This document shows, in pieces, positions 37,211 through 48,119 of a stretch of 64,000 nt of DNA. The translations under genes were made by a program, and so were the position numbers. This stretch comes from Candidatus Nomurabacteria bacterium (GTDB lineage Bacteria; Patescibacteriota; WWE3; UBA101185; UBA10185). The notes under the pieces were generated by a model, which was not told the origin of the DNA, did no database searches, and saw only the letters and a program-made list of their open reading frames with translations. The stretch spans positions 167,601 through 231,600 of the forward strand of contig JACKGU010000001.1 of the NCBI GenBank assembly GCA_020631855.1, given 5' to 3'. Position 1 is the stretch's first letter. Every line of letters starts with the position of its first letter.

Positions 37211-38236
37211 ATGCCCGTTTTGTCATTCTACGAAGGCTACTCTGAGCTGACATTTGTATATTCTGAATCCGATAAATCCAAGGTGGGGAACGAGTTGTTG
37301 GAGCTTGACGCTAAGCCGGAGATCTTTAAGTTGCCCTTCGTTTACAGCGCAAATCTTTATTCCTGCTCGTTTTCAAAAGAGCAGTTTTATAAGGAAGTTT
37401 TTTCTTTGGTTTATAGTCAGTTGGGAATTACAAAAGACCAACTACCCGGTCTAGAATTTTACGCTTCCGGTTATATTAAGGTGCCTGATTCTCTTCCTCT
37501 TAAACCGAAAAAGTCCTTTTGCGTATCCGACTTTATACACGAGCCATATTTATTTGTAGGTTCGGATTTTCTAATCCAACAAGGCTGCTTTACTTCTCTT
37601 TTGCCCGTGTCCTATTTGACTCAGTACGCAAACTTCTATTCTAATTACAGTATCTATCCGGGCATGAAACTAACAGAGCCTAGAGACATTGTTTTAACAG
37701 ACCAGCTTGTAAGAGATTCTATGTATTTCTCTTCCTTATCTTCTTCTCTAAACTTGAAACCGAAAAAACCTGTAACAAAAAAGGCTGTTTTCACAGGCGA
37801 GAGGCTTTCCAACTACGAGGAAAACAAGGCCCTTTCGTTGTTACTTATGCTTGATTTGTTGATATATCCTGGTATGTATCAACTACAGCTTGATAAATCA
37901 AACCTTTTGCCGGCACTTTTTGCGTTAGATATTACCAATTTCGGCCTACTTTCAATAGGTTCCGCAATAGTATCCCCGGGTTATAACGAGGTGTTATTTA
38001 AATCTGAAGCCGCAAGCCAGCAATTTTTTGAAATTTCGGAAGATTCAATTTTTATATTGCCTCTGGATGCCGAAGAGCAGGGGGTTGTGGCGGTTAAATC
38101 GGAGTTAGGAACTATGGAATATGAAGTTAAGGGCGGCGAGGTGGGTTTGGTGTTTGACGCTCGTAGGCGAGATATGGGGCCGGTTTATAAAGATGTGTAT
38201 ATTAACATGATTGAACAAAATTTATTGAGAATATAA
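37211..38236 (+). CDS. Hypothetical protein (342 aa).
   Basis: The ORF starts after the terminator. The longer ORF-track start at 37127 lies inside the terminator stem. No motif was recognised. Confidence 0.5.
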   Translation: MPVLSFYEGYSELTFVYSESDKSKVGNELLELDAKPEIFKLPFVYSANLYSCSFSKEQFYKEVFSLVYSQLGITKDQLPGLEFYASGYIKVPDSLPLKPKKSFCVSDFIHEPYLFVGSDFLIQQGCFTSLLPVSYLTQYANFYSNYSIYPGMKLTEPRDIVLTDQLVRDSMYFSSLSSSLNLKPKKPVTKKAVFTGERLSNYEENKALSLLLMLDLLIYPGMYQLQLDKSNLLPALFALDITNFGLLSIGSAIVSPGYNEVLFKSEAASQQFFEISEDSIFILPLDAEEQGVVAVKSELGTMEYEVKGGEVGLVFDARRRDMGPVYKDVYINMIEQNLLRI

Positions 38237-38237
38237 T

Positions 38238-39230
38238 ATGGCTTATTACATACCTGTATACAGAAAAATGAACCTTCACAGAGAAAGCTTAGTAAGAAGA
38301 GAACTTCCTATTGAAGGTGATTTGATAGTGAAGGTGGGGGATTCGGTTTTGCCTTTTACGAAGATCGGCCGTGCAACCATATCGAAAGATTTTCTGGTTC
38401 TTCCTCCTAAAATAAAAATTCAGAGGTCAATGTTGCCGAAACCATTAATTTACGAAGGCGAGGTGCTCGGTAGAGCCGGCTTTAGGAGTTTTAAAGCCCC
38501 GTTCAATGGCTATTTCGAAGAAGATTCTATTAACGGCCTTGTTTACAAGAGAGAGAAGCAGGATTATTGGATGTTGGCCGGTGTTTGGGGGGTAGTTAGT
38601 GAGGTCGTTGGTGGCCGAAGTGTCACTATTAAAGCCCAAGTTATTGATATAAATTTTTCTGCCGCTTGCGGCACAGACCATATGGCCGAATTGATAGTTT
38701 TTCCAAACCCGTCAAAGCTTTTGGATTTAGAATATTTACAAAATTTTTCAAAAGGAATTAAGGGCAAGATCGTATATGTTGGTGATTTTTTACGTAAAGA
38801 GCTGGTACTCAAGGCAATTGAACTAAAGGTAGGCGCGTTGATTGGGGGCAGTATAGAGAAAGATATTTTTAACTTGGCGAAAAGCAGGGGTTTAGGAGTT
38901 GGTATAACGACCGGATTTGGCCAGCTACAAACACCAAGCAAAGTTTTTGATTTTCTTAAGACAGTCTCCAATCGACACGTTTTCATAGATGTTTCGGATG
39001 GCAAATTAACTATTCCAATTCCGTCCGAATTCAATACCTCCTCTTTTGCAGAGAATGGAGAATCTATTTGCGAGGTTAAAAAAGAGGTTCCTGTGTTAGT
39101 TTTGCAGAGCCCATACTTTGGAAGAGAGGGAAAAGTAGACGATATACAGAATGATAAAATTTATGTTAAACTCAACGAGTCAGAAGAGGTACACGAGATT
39201 AATAATTCCAACCTTCTGGCCCTCTTATAA
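38238..39230 (+). CDS. Hypothetical protein (330 aa) with N-terminal barrel-sandwich-like segments.
   Basis: It is separated by 1 nt from the upstream ORF. EGDLIVKVGDSVLPFTKIGRA resembles a lipoyl/hybrid-barrel motif. No catalytic motif was found. Confidence 0.5.
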   Translation: MAYYIPVYRKMNLHRESLVRRELPIEGDLIVKVGDSVLPFTKIGRATISKDFLVLPPKIKIQRSMLPKPLIYEGEVLGRAGFRSFKAPFNGYFEEDSINGLVYKREKQDYWMLAGVWGVVSEVVGGRSVTIKAQVIDINFSAACGTDHMAELIVFPNPSKLLDLEYLQNFSKGIKGKIVYVGDFLRKELVLKAIELKVGALIGGSIEKDIFNLAKSRGLGVGITTGFGQLQTPSKVFDFLKTVSNRHVFIDVSDGKLTIPIPSEFNTSSFAENGESICEVKKEVPVLVLQSPYFGREGKVDDIQNDKIYVKLNESEEVHEINNSNLLALL

Positions 39231-39234
39231 AGCT

Positions 39235-40458
39235 ATGCAACAGAATCGAAAATCTTCATTTCAATACATATTCACCATATTCATAGTAAGTGTATTGATG
39301 TTTTTTTTAGGGCTGTATTTTGGCCAAAGGGGTTATTCAGTTAACCTGGTAAATAATCCTCCAAAAATTGAGATTTTAAATAAACGGCCGATAAGTTCTG
39401 AAGTCGATTTTTCGTTGTTTTGGGAAGTTTGGGACGAGGTTAACGCCTCTCACCTAGAAAGACCTCTTGATCCCGAAAAACTCCTTTACGGAGCAATTTC
39501 AGGCATGGTAGATGCAATTGGCGATCCTTATACTTCTTTTTTGCCGCCGGAGTTGAATGAGAGTGTTAACGCTTCGTTGGACGGGAAGTATGAGGGAATA
39601 GGGGCCGAGTTAGGTTTTCGAGAAGATCAGCTCATCATTGTAGCTCCTTTTGAAGGCTCTCCTGCGATAAAATCCGGAGTACGAGCCGGAGATAAGATTA
39701 TTAAAATTAACGGCGAAATGACTGTGGGTTTGAGTATTACCGAAGCAGTAGCAAAAATACGAGGCGCAGCCGGTACAGAGGTTGTATTGACTTTGCAGAG
39801 AGGCGATGCTACTTCGTTTGACATCAGTATTGTAAGAGGAGTTATAACAGTAGATAGCGTTACCTGGGAATACAAGGGTGACGGCATCGCCTACATTCGC
39901 GTAAGTAGATTTGGCGGATCGACAAATGCCGAGTGGAGTAAAGCAGTAGAGGAGATCACCGTGCAAGTTCCTCAGCTTGATTCTGTTGTTTTAGATTTGC
40001 GCGGAAATCCGGGCGGTTACCTCCAATCAGCCGTATATTTGGCTGAAGAATTCTTAAATAAAAAGGTTGTTGTTATTGAGCAATTCCCCGATGGCAATGA
40101 AATTACGCTCAAGGCGGATAGAGTTGGTAAATTCGAGAAGCTCCCCAAAATAATCATCTTGCTTGATGGGGGAAGTGCTTCTGCTTCAGAAATTTTAGCT
40201 TCAGCCCTAAAAGATAATTTGGATACTGTGACTATTGTTGGTACAACTTCTTTTGGAAAGGGAACAATCCAAGATGTTCGAGAATTTAAAGAAGATGGAT
40301 CTGCTTTGCATGTTAGTATTGCTAAGTGGCTCACGCCCAATAAAGAATGGGTTCACAAAAAAGGCATTGAGCCGGACGTTTTAGTTGAAGTAAGTGACGA
40401 GGATCTGGCAAATGAGTTAGATCCTCAGCTCGATAGAGCTTTGGAGCTTGCAAAATAA
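39235..40458 (+). CDS. ctpA: Carboxyl-terminal processing protease (S41 family) with a PDZ domain.
   Basis: It has an N-terminal membrane anchor, a PDZ domain (GDKIIKINGE) and the S41 core (LRGNPGG..., GGSASASEILA). Confidence 0.8.
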   Translation: MQQNRKSSFQYIFTIFIVSVLMFFLGLYFGQRGYSVNLVNNPPKIEILNKRPISSEVDFSLFWEVWDEVNASHLERPLDPEKLLYGAISGMVDAIGDPYTSFLPPELNESVNASLDGKYEGIGAELGFREDQLIIVAPFEGSPAIKSGVRAGDKIIKINGEMTVGLSITEAVAKIRGAAGTEVVLTLQRGDATSFDISIVRGVITVDSVTWEYKGDGIAYIRVSRFGGSTNAEWSKAVEEITVQVPQLDSVVLDLRGNPGGYLQSAVYLAEEFLNKKVVVIEQFPDGNEITLKADRVGKFEKLPKIIILLDGGSASASEILASALKDNLDTVTIVGTTSFGKGTIQDVREFKEDGSALHVSIAKWLTPNKEWVHKKGIEPDVLVEVSDEDLANELDPQLDRALELAK

Positions 40459-40502
40459 AGGTTATGTTTTGCATATTTTATTAATAATTCTATAATTTTT
40501 AT

Positions 40503-41645
40503 ATGGAACAAGGTTTTATTTCAAGAATAATAGGTAATTCAAAGAGGTTTATAAAGGGATTTTTCTGGTTCGGTGCATTTTTATCTATTGTTTTGGCGGC
40601 ATTTTTTTACAACAGGTCGGCGCAAAAAAGTGACCACGACTTAGAAGTTCCCGCTCGTCAAAAAATAATTTTACAAAATAAAGATGTTGAAGAAGAGTCC
40701 GCTCTAATACAAATGATAGATAAGGTCTCACCTTCTGTTGTTTCTATAGTAGTTAAAACTACCGGTTTTGACATTTTCAACGGAAGTTACTCTGTGGAAG
40801 ATGGTATTGGTACGGGTTTTATTGTTGATGAAAAGGGATTAATTGTTACAAACGATCATGTCGTTGACTCTGTCAAGTCCAACTATGCGGTTGTGACCTC
40901 TGATGGTACTACATATGATGTAAAAAGAATCAGTAAAGACCCTTACGCTGATTTGGCGATATTGGAAATAGATGCCTCCGGACTCCCGGTTGTTGAGTTA
41001 GGGGATTCTTCAATATTAAGGCTTGGTCAGACAGCTGTAGCAATAGGTAATGCACTAGGGACTTACGATAACACAGTTACTTCCGGAGTGGTTTCAGGAA
41101 TTGCCAGGCAAGTGGTTGCATCTTTAGGTTTTGGTGACAGTAAAACATACGAAGACGTTATTCAAACCGATGCGGCTTTAAACCCCGGTAATTCGGGAGG
41201 GCCACTTTTAAACTTGGAGGGGCAGGTAATTGGAATTAATGTAGCTACAATATGGGGAGCTGAAAATATCGGCTTTGCCATACCTGTAAATACTTTAAAA
41301 CCTTTACTTGAAGTTTATATGAGCGAGGGCCGTCTTATTAGGCCCTATTTAGGAGTTTCATATAACATGGTAAGTAAAAATCTTGCTGAATTAAGAGATC
41401 TTCCTGAGGGCGCTTTTATCTTATCTGTGTCTCCCAATTCCCCTGCTGAGGAAGGTGGCTTACGAAGAGGAGACATAATTATTAAAATTGATGACGTTAA
41501 CATTACGGAATCAAGCACTCTAAGCGCAGTTATCGCCAATAAGAGGGTAGGGGACAAATTAACCATTCGGGTAGTTCGTGAAGATGAGGAGCTTGAAATT
41601 TCAGTAGTTTTAGCTGAGTTTCCGGATACGTCAGTTTTTGAGTAA
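40503..41645 (+). CDS. htrA: HtrA/DegP-family serine protease with a PDZ domain.
   Basis: The trypsin-like catalytic triad context is TNDHVV, DLAILEI and GNSGGPLLN. It has a C-terminal PDZ domain. Confidence 0.85.
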   Translation: MEQGFISRIIGNSKRFIKGFFWFGAFLSIVLAAFFYNRSAQKSDHDLEVPARQKIILQNKDVEEESALIQMIDKVSPSVVSIVVKTTGFDIFNGSYSVEDGIGTGFIVDEKGLIVTNDHVVDSVKSNYAVVTSDGTTYDVKRISKDPYADLAILEIDASGLPVVELGDSSILRLGQTAVAIGNALGTYDNTVTSGVVSGIARQVVASLGFGDSKTYEDVIQTDAALNPGNSGGPLLNLEGQVIGINVATIWGAENIGFAIPVNTLKPLLEVYMSEGRLIRPYLGVSYNMVSKNLAELRDLPEGAFILSVSPNSPAEEGGLRRGDIIIKIDDVNITESSTLSAVIANKRVGDKLTIRVVREDEELEISVVLAEFPDTSVFE

Positions 41646-41765
41646 ATCGAACACTAGTTTTTTCTAAATTTTTTTACTGCAATAGAGGCGCAAACTTCAG
41701 TTTTTGGATTTAGATAAAAGTGGGTAGCAATAAAGAAGAGCCTAAGAGCTTAGATCCATTGTAAT

Positions 41766-42734
41766 TCAAGCTTTATCAAATTCAGTGGTCATTAATGTTG
41801 TTAACATGGATTTGATGTCCCCATCCATAATAGCTTCGAGGTTATGCCAGCTCTGCTTAATCCTATGATCTGTAACTCTGCTTTGTGGGAAATTATATGT
41901 CCTAATTTTTTCATGTCTTTCGCCTGTCCCAATAGACGACAGCCTTAGATCTGCCAGTTTTTGCACTCTTTGTTCTTGCATAGAAGTAAACAGCTTAGAT
42001 TCAAGCATTGTCATGGCTTTAGCCCTGTTCTTGCCTTGTGTGCGTTCTTCTTGACACTCTACTACCACTCCTGTTGGAACGTGAGTTAGTCTTACTGAAG
42101 TACTGACTTTGTTTACGTTTTGACCTCCCGAGCCTCCTGAACGGAAAAAGTCCATTTTCACGTCTTCCGGCTTTATATCTATGTTTACGTTTTTAAGTTC
42201 CGGGAGTACAGCAACCGTTGCAGTCGACGTATGTATTCTGCCTGCGCTTTCTGTTTTTGGAACCCTTTGCACCCTGTGAACCCCGGCCTCGTTAGCCAAA
42301 AGCCTATAAGCGCCTAAGCCCCGAATAGAAAATATAGCAGTCTTTATCCCTCCAACCTCGTTGTCTGAGTAAAATAATTCCTCAACTCGCCAGTTCATTC
42401 TCTCTGCGAATCGTATGTACATTCTGTAAAGGTCGTGTGCAAATAGGCCTGCTTCGTCCCCTCCTGTGCCCGATCTAATTTCTATTGTTGCAACATTTTG
42501 ATTAATTGTTTCTTGCGAATTCTCGCTTTCGGATTCTTCTTCTGCATACTCTCCTTTAAGCGAGCCAATAGAGTTGGAAATATCTTTTATTTGTTTGTAT
42601 AACGAGGACAGCTCTTCCTGATAAAGTTTTAACATTTGTTGATCTTTTTCTTGAGATAACAGAGGATTTATTTCTGAGGCACGTTTTTGCAACACTTCTT
42701 TTTCGTGCTCAAGGTTGTTTATTATTTCATCCAT
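41766..42734 (-). CDS. prfA: Peptide chain release factor 1.
   Basis: It has the GGQ motif ([12 protein letters not shown]) and the PKT (PxT) anticodon-mimic motif in [19 protein letters not shown], which identifies RF1. Confidence 0.8.
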   Translation of the reverse strand: MDEIINNLEHEKEVLQKRASEINPLLSQEKDQQMLKLYQEELSSLYKQIKDISNSIGSLKGEYAEEESESENSQETINQNVATIEIRSGTGGDEAGLFAHDLYRMYIRFAERMNWRVEELFYSDNEVGGIKTAIFSIRGLGAYRLLANEAGVHRVQRVPKTESAGRIHTSTATVAVLPELKNVNIDIKPEDVKMDFFRSGGSGGQNVNKVSTSVRLTHVPTGVVVECQEERTQGKNRAKAMTMLESKLFTSMQEQRVQKLADLRLSSIGTGERHEKIRTYNFPQSRVTDHRIKQSWHNLEAIMDGDIKSMLTTLMTTEFDKA

Positions 42735-42773
42735 ATGTGAATTATAGCAGAGAAGAGGTGCCTGTTTTTTCTT

Positions 42774-43085
42774 TTAGCTCTTTTTTGAGGCCTCTTCCAT
42801 TAGCTCTTTTAGTGTTTTTGGTTCATCTGTAACTTTCTCTTTCTCTTTTGATTTTTTATTTTTTGCGGCTGCTTTTTTCTTTTGCGATTCATCAAGCTTC
42901 TTTTGAAATTTATCTATTCTTCCTTCTGTGTCAACAAACTTCTGTTTGCCAGTATAGTATGGGTGGCAGTTACTGCAGATATCTACCTTGAAATCATCGA
43001 GCGTAGAGCTTGTTGTAAAAACAGTTCCGCAAGCACATGTAATCTTAATATTTTTATTCACCTGTGGGTGTATGTCTTTTTTCAT
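42774..43085 (-). CDS. rpmE: 50S ribosomal protein L31 with a K-rich C-terminal extension.
   Basis: [10 protein letters not shown]...CACG...[12 protein letters not shown] is the L31 zinc ribbon. Confidence 0.85.
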   Translation of the reverse strand: MKKDIHPQVNKNIKITCACGTVFTTSSTLDDFKVDICSNCHPYYTGKQKFVDTEGRIDKFQKKLDESQKKKAAAKNKKSKEKEKVTDEPKTLKELMEEASKKS

Positions 43086-43110
43086 GCAAGAAGTAGTATA
43101 GCAGATTATA

Positions 43111-44928
43111 TTATTTGTTCAACCTAATTACTATCTTTCCAAGATTTCTGTCTTCAACTATGTAGAAAATTCCTTGCCTGGGTCTTGCGGATCTGCCCAC
43201 TATATGGGTGCCGGAAAATTCTGCGGTTCTTTGGGTCTTGTCTGTTTTGTTTACTACAACCATCAACTCCCCCCGCCCCGGTCTATCAGGTTCTGGAGTA
43301 TCTTTTATTTTCTTAGCTGTCTGTTGAGAAAAAACTACCACAGTACCGTCGAGATCGTAAAAGAATTTCTCTAGGGTGACTTGCGCCTCTCCAGATTCTC
43401 CTGTTCTTACAAAGCTAGCTTTCATAAATACCTCACGGTGTACCCCACAGAAGCTTGTTTCTCCTACGTGGATTCCCAATCTATTATGTGAGAAGGGGGT
43501 TTGTCTTCCTGTAATTTTAGTAGTAGCCAGATAAGTAACATCTTCGATTTCGGTTAGGAGATATTTTTTAGTTCGTCTTCCGCATAACCCCTCTATTGAA
43601 AGCCTTTGATCTACAGCCTTGTACAGCAGTAGCTCTCTAGCCTTTAACATGCCGGCGAGTAGAAATTGTTGCTCGCTATTCCCCATTTGTTGCGGGCTGT
43701 GTTTTTGTTGTAGGTCTTGTATGGTTTTATCAAGTTCTTGCAAAAAAATTTGACGAGCGGAGACGTAACTTGGTATAAGTACTCTGGCAATTGTATCGAG
43801 TGGCTCGCTCCTTCTGGGGCCTTCCGGTAACTGAAAATTTTTATGATTCTGTTGTTGTAAAATAGCTGGTTCGGTGAATAGGCTTCCAAGCCCTGCGATC
43901 ACGTTCGCAAATCTCTCCAGCACCCGTGTTTGTTCATTAACTCCATCTTCGCAAAATCTCATTATTATGGGCAGTTTACTATGTACTAGTTCGTGTATAA
44001 ATTCTTTGAGTTCTTGGTGAAGTTTCTCTCTCGGTTTTTTCCAGAGATCCACTATCGCCCCATGGGCCATTCCTGCAAAGAAACCCATATTTGTTTGTAA
44101 ACCGGCATCGTCAATAATTTTTTTAGTCGCTATAGCATTTATTGCCATTACAAGATTTCTAAGCTCTATCCCGAATACCGTTTCTGTAAAAATAACTTCC
44201 GGTTCTAAACTTTCTTCTTTTTCTATTTTTATTTTTGCAATAGCTTCCACAGGGGCGACTCTTTTTATTGGCGTGTGTGGAAGTGCTGAAGTTCGTGCCA
44301 AACTAAAACCTAAGGCAGCAGTTGCCAACGAGAATCTGAATAAGAATTCTCTTCTACCTATTGTATTCGTAGCGCAGTAAATTGGGGTTGGTATATTTGT
44401 TGCAGATAAGTCGTCATTTTTTTTTATTTCAATTAAATCTGTTCCTGCTAAGATAGCTAGTAGCAATAATTCTGTGTTTCTCCAGGGACCCATATCGCCA
44501 CCTCCTTCAGCAGCGATTCTTGCACCTTGTTTACTAAGTCCCTCGTAATAAAGCTGGGCAGCCAGGCCATCTATTCTGGCATCAAAAGCACATATTGCGC
44601 CGCCATTACGATAAAGCTCGCGAAGAAGTTCCTCGTGCTTCGTACGTTCTCTATGTGTCGATCCGTATCCGATGTTTTCTCTTCTGATTTGTGCCAGAGC
44701 ACTCCAAGCTCTCACAGTGTCTCTGAGGCCCATTCTACGTATGGTTTCTAGTTGGTTGGTTCTAAGAATAGATCCAAGAGAATATAATTCCAATTCTCCG
44801 CAAAGAAGAGAATTTATGGGATTTTCTGGATCTATGTCTAATTCCCTTAGCAATGCTGCGGTTACAGCATGATTCCAGAATTTATAATTGCAGGGTGGTT
44901 CATTTCCTGATCTTTTTTCATTAGACAT
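43111..44928 (-). CDS. Hypothetical HExxH-motif protein (605 aa) with an internal twin-arginine-like motif; GC-rich.
   Basis: HELVH at aa 312–316 is followed by Glu at +12, +16 and +22, which is a gluzincin-like arrangement. [25 protein letters not shown] at aa 190–214 resembles a Tat signal or a transmembrane anchor. Local GC is about 45–50%. Confidence 0.5.
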   Translation of the reverse strand: MSNEKRSGNEPPCNYKFWNHAVTAALLRELDIDPENPINSLLCGELELYSLGSILRTNQLETIRRMGLRDTVRAWSALAQIRRENIGYGSTHRERTKHEELLRELYRNGGAICAFDARIDGLAAQLYYEGLSKQGARIAAEGGGDMGPWRNTELLLLAILAGTDLIEIKKNDDLSATNIPTPIYCATNTIGRREFLFRFSLATAALGFSLARTSALPHTPIKRVAPVEAIAKIKIEKEESLEPEVIFTETVFGIELRNLVMAINAIATKKIIDDAGLQTNMGFFAGMAHGAIVDLWKKPREKLHQELKEFIHELVHSKLPIIMRFCEDGVNEQTRVLERFANVIAGLGSLFTEPAILQQQNHKNFQLPEGPRRSEPLDTIARVLIPSYVSARQIFLQELDKTIQDLQQKHSPQQMGNSEQQFLLAGMLKARELLLYKAVDQRLSIEGLCGRRTKKYLLTEIEDVTYLATTKITGRQTPFSHNRLGIHVGETSFCGVHREVFMKASFVRTGESGEAQVTLEKFFYDLDGTVVVFSQQTAKKIKDTPEPDRPGRGELMVVVNKTDKTQRTAEFSGTHIVGRSARPRQGIFYIVEDRNLGKIVIRLNK

Positions 44929-44963
44929 GTTTTTGTTGTTAATGAAGCCAAAATGGCTCTAGT

Positions 44964-45947
44964 TTACTTTCTGTTGGTCTCTGCTCCTACAACACCTATT
45001 ACAATTATTATTATGCCTAAAAATGCAGCCGGAGTAGGGGATTCTTGCAAAAGTACAAACGAGATAGGTATAGTAAAAAGAGGCCCTAAATAGCTGAAAA
45101 TAGCAGTATCTGCGGCTTTGGCTCTTTTTAGCCCCCATTCAAACGCTACATACGCAACAATAGAAGACAAGATAGCCATATACAAAATACCGGCTATAGG
45201 TATTATTGTTAGATTTGTAAGATCAAAGGCTTTCATATACCTATTCTCGATAAGCATTAATGGAAATATTGATACAAGGCTCACATAAAAGGTAAAACCG
45301 GTATGAAGGGTAGGGGAGTAACTTCGTGTCATTCGATTAAGCCGGAGTCTCTTTAAGATTGTTGTCAGGGTTGATGAATTTTCGCCCATGACGTGCTTGG
45401 ATACAATTATATAGGCTGTGAAAGCAACATTATAAATAAGCACTGCCAGGTTGCCTAAAACTCGAAGCCCCTGCTCTAGCTCCGTATGTTGACCTTTAAA
45501 CAGCATCGGCTCGAGCATTATTAGCAAAGTACCCAGAGTTGCAATAAAAACTCCCAGCTTTGCTTTATAGTTCAGTTTTTCGTTGTAGAAAAAATGACCC
45601 GCAGCAATAACCATAATAGGTGCAGATGTTCCTAGAATTGCAGCATCCAGAGATGTTGTGTATTTTACACCCACAAATACAAATGCCAGCGCTGTCTGTC
45701 CAAGTAAACCCAGTATTACAAGATTTTTTATATCTTTTGTTGCTATCGGAGTTTTTTTAAGTTCAACAATCATCACAGGCAACATAAGGATGCATACAAG
45801 CAGAAAGCGTAAAAATAAAAATGTAAAAACAGGTATATACTGCTCTGTTATTTTTATAATCGGAAGGGCTCCGCCCCATATTGCGGTAGCAAGTATTAAT
45901 GCTCCGTAGGCACGAAGTTTAAGGTTGTTGTGTGTTCTATTAGGCAT
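44964..45947 (-). CDS. DMT/EamA-family transporter.
   Basis: It has ten transmembrane helices and the EamA N-terminus LRAYGALILATAIWGGALPIIK. The start is at MPNRTHN. Confidence 0.65.
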   Translation of the reverse strand: MPNRTHNNLKLRAYGALILATAIWGGALPIIKITEQYIPVFTFLFLRFLLVCILMLPVMIVELKKTPIATKDIKNLVILGLLGQTALAFVFVGVKYTTSLDAAILGTSAPIMVIAAGHFFYNEKLNYKAKLGVFIATLGTLLIMLEPMLFKGQHTELEQGLRVLGNLAVLIYNVAFTAYIIVSKHVMGENSSTLTTILKRLRLNRMTRSYSPTLHTGFTFYVSLVSIFPLMLIENRYMKAFDLTNLTIIPIAGILYMAILSSIVAYVAFEWGLKRAKAADTAIFSYLGPLFTIPISFVLLQESPTPAAFLGIIIIVIGVVGAETNRK

Positions 45948-45995
45948 TGTTTTAATTATACATAAATCGAAAAAGTTATGTGATAATATATCAAT

Positions 45996-46649
45996 ATGGA
46001 AATTACATACATAGGGCATTCGTGCTTTAAAATCAAAGGAAAAAATATTTCATTAGTTATTGACCCTTACGACCCTACTATGCTTGGTTACAAATTACCG
46101 ACTCTTAGTGCTGACGCTGTTTTATTGACACACGATCATCCGGACCACGCAAATGTTCAAGGCGTGAAGGATTACAGGTTAGTTATTTCGGCTCCGGGAG
46201 AGTATGAAATTTCTGATGTTTTTGTTTATGGACTTCAAACATTTCATGATGAATCGGAAGGCTCCAAGCGAGGCAATAATACTATTTATTCAATAGAAAT
46301 AGATGATTTTAGTTTAATGCATCTTGGAGACTTGGGGCATATATTATCTGCCGAAACCTTAGAAAAGATAGGTACTGTAGATGTTTTGATGATCCCGGTG
46401 GGCGGAGTTTACACTATTGATTCTGCAGCTGCGGTAAAGGTAATTTCTTCAATAGAACCGGGGATCATTATTCCCATGCATTATCAAACAGCGGATCTAA
46501 AAATGGCCGGAGACAAATTAGACTCCTTGGATAAGTTCTTAGACGAGATGGGTATTGAAAAGCCAAGAACTGAAGGGAAGTTAAAGTTGTCATCGCGTAG
46601 CGATGTGCCGGCTGAGTCTACTGTGACTGTTCTAACCCCGGAACACTAA
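45996..46649 (+). CDS. MBL-fold metal-dependent hydrolase.
   Basis: It has the HxHxDH motif (LTHDHPDHAN). Confidence 0.7.
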   Translation: MEITYIGHSCFKIKGKNISLVIDPYDPTMLGYKLPTLSADAVLLTHDHPDHANVQGVKDYRLVISAPGEYEISDVFVYGLQTFHDESEGSKRGNNTIYSIEIDDFSLMHLGDLGHILSAETLEKIGTVDVLMIPVGGVYTIDSAAAVKVISSIEPGIIIPMHYQTADLKMAGDKLDSLDKFLDEMGIEKPRTEGKLKLSSRSDVPAESTVTVLTPEH

Positions 46650-46681
46650 AAGTATTCGTAGTTTTCGTGAGAGGTTAATTT

Positions 46682-48037
46682 ATGGCAAGCTCTAATAAAC
46701 ACAAAGCAAGTGACCCAGTAAATATGGGAGTTCCTCCTCATGATCTTGATACAGAAAAATCTGTTTTAGGGGCGTTATTGCTGGATCAAGATGCAATTGT
46801 TAAAGTTGTTGAATTTTTAAGACCCTCTAATTTTTATAAAGAAGCCCACGCTAATATTTATCAGGCTATACTAAACTTATACGAAAAAAGAGATCCGGCC
46901 GATCTTATAACTGTTCCGAACGAGCTTAAAAAAATGAAACTGCTAGAAGCTTCAGGAGGCGTGTCTTACTTAACAGATCTTGTAAACTCTGTTCCTACTG
47001 CGGCGAACATAGAGCACTATGCTCAGTTAATTTCAGAGTATTCTATAAAGAGATCTTTGCTTTCTGTGTCTGGAGAGATAGGAACACTTGTGTTTTCCGA
47101 ACCCGATGTTGAAGAGCTTTTAGACAAATCCGAACAACTTTTGTTTTCAGTTTCACAAGACCGCCTTCATCAAGATTTTTTTTCAGTCAAAGATATTTTG
47201 GAAATTACTTTCGAAAGATTAGATGAGTTGAGTAAAACCAGAGGTGCTTTGCGTGGTGTTTCAACCGGGCTGCCAAACCTTGACAAGATGCTATCAGGTT
47301 TAAGAGAAGGAGAGTTAATTATTTTAGCTGCACGTCCGTCTGTAGGAAAATCAAGTTTGGCTATTAATATTGCCCAGCACGCGGCGACAAAAAATAAAAC
47401 GGGAGTTGTAATTTTTTCTTTAGAAATGGGTAAAGAGGCAATTGTTGACCGCATGGTTTCTACACAAGGAGATATTGATAACTGGCGAATTGCCACCGGT
47501 AATCTTGAAGAAGAGGATTTTGAAAAATATTCTATAGCTTCGGGGGAGCTTGCTGAGGCGCCTTTGCTGATAGACGACACTCCTGGGATGAGCGTGTTGG
47601 AAATGAGAACCAAAGCCCGCAGGCTAAGTTTGGAGAGAGACATTGGTCTTATAATAATTGACTACCTACAGCTTATTAAAGCACCTTCAGCCGAGAGCCG
47701 AGTTCAAGAGGTATCTAAGATTTCTCAGGCTTTAAAAAATCTCGCCAGAGAGCTAAATGTTCCTGTTCTTGCTTTATCTCAGCTTTCAAGGGCTGTCGAA
47801 CAGCGTGGAGGCGACAAGCGGCCCCAACTAAGTGACCTTAGAGACTCAGGTTCTATTGAACAAGATGCAGATGTCGTTATGTTTTTGTATCGACCTGACG
47901 AAGAGGATCGTTCGTCGCTTAATCTAATAGTTGCAAAGCACCGTAATGGACCTACCGGAGAGCTTGATCTGTTCTTCAGAGGTGATAGAACGAAGTTTTT
48001 TGAAGTAACAAGGCAGAAAGACGAAGCTCAAAGCTAA
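46682..48037 (+). CDS. dnaB: Replicative DNA helicase DnaB.
   Basis: It has the DnaB N-terminal domain (LGALLLD), Walker A ARPSVGKSS, Walker B IIIDYLQL and an arginine finger. Confidence 0.9.
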   Translation: MASSNKHKASDPVNMGVPPHDLDTEKSVLGALLLDQDAIVKVVEFLRPSNFYKEAHANIYQAILNLYEKRDPADLITVPNELKKMKLLEASGGVSYLTDLVNSVPTAANIEHYAQLISEYSIKRSLLSVSGEIGTLVFSEPDVEELLDKSEQLLFSVSQDRLHQDFFSVKDILEITFERLDELSKTRGALRGVSTGLPNLDKMLSGLREGELIILAARPSVGKSSLAINIAQHAATKNKTGVVIFSLEMGKEAIVDRMVSTQGDIDNWRIATGNLEEEDFEKYSIASGELAEAPLLIDDTPGMSVLEMRTKARRLSLERDIGLIIIDYLQLIKAPSAESRVQEVSKISQALKNLARELNVPVLALSQLSRAVEQRGGDKRPQLSDLRDSGSIEQDADVVMFLYRPDEEDRSSLNLIVAKHRNGPTGELDLFFRGDRTKFFEVTRQKDEAQS

Positions 48038-48119
48038 CCGCTGTATTTTTGTGATGCCGGTAACGCACGGTGTCGACATTCTCCAAATAACTTGATATAA
48101 CATATACGCAAATGTTCGT

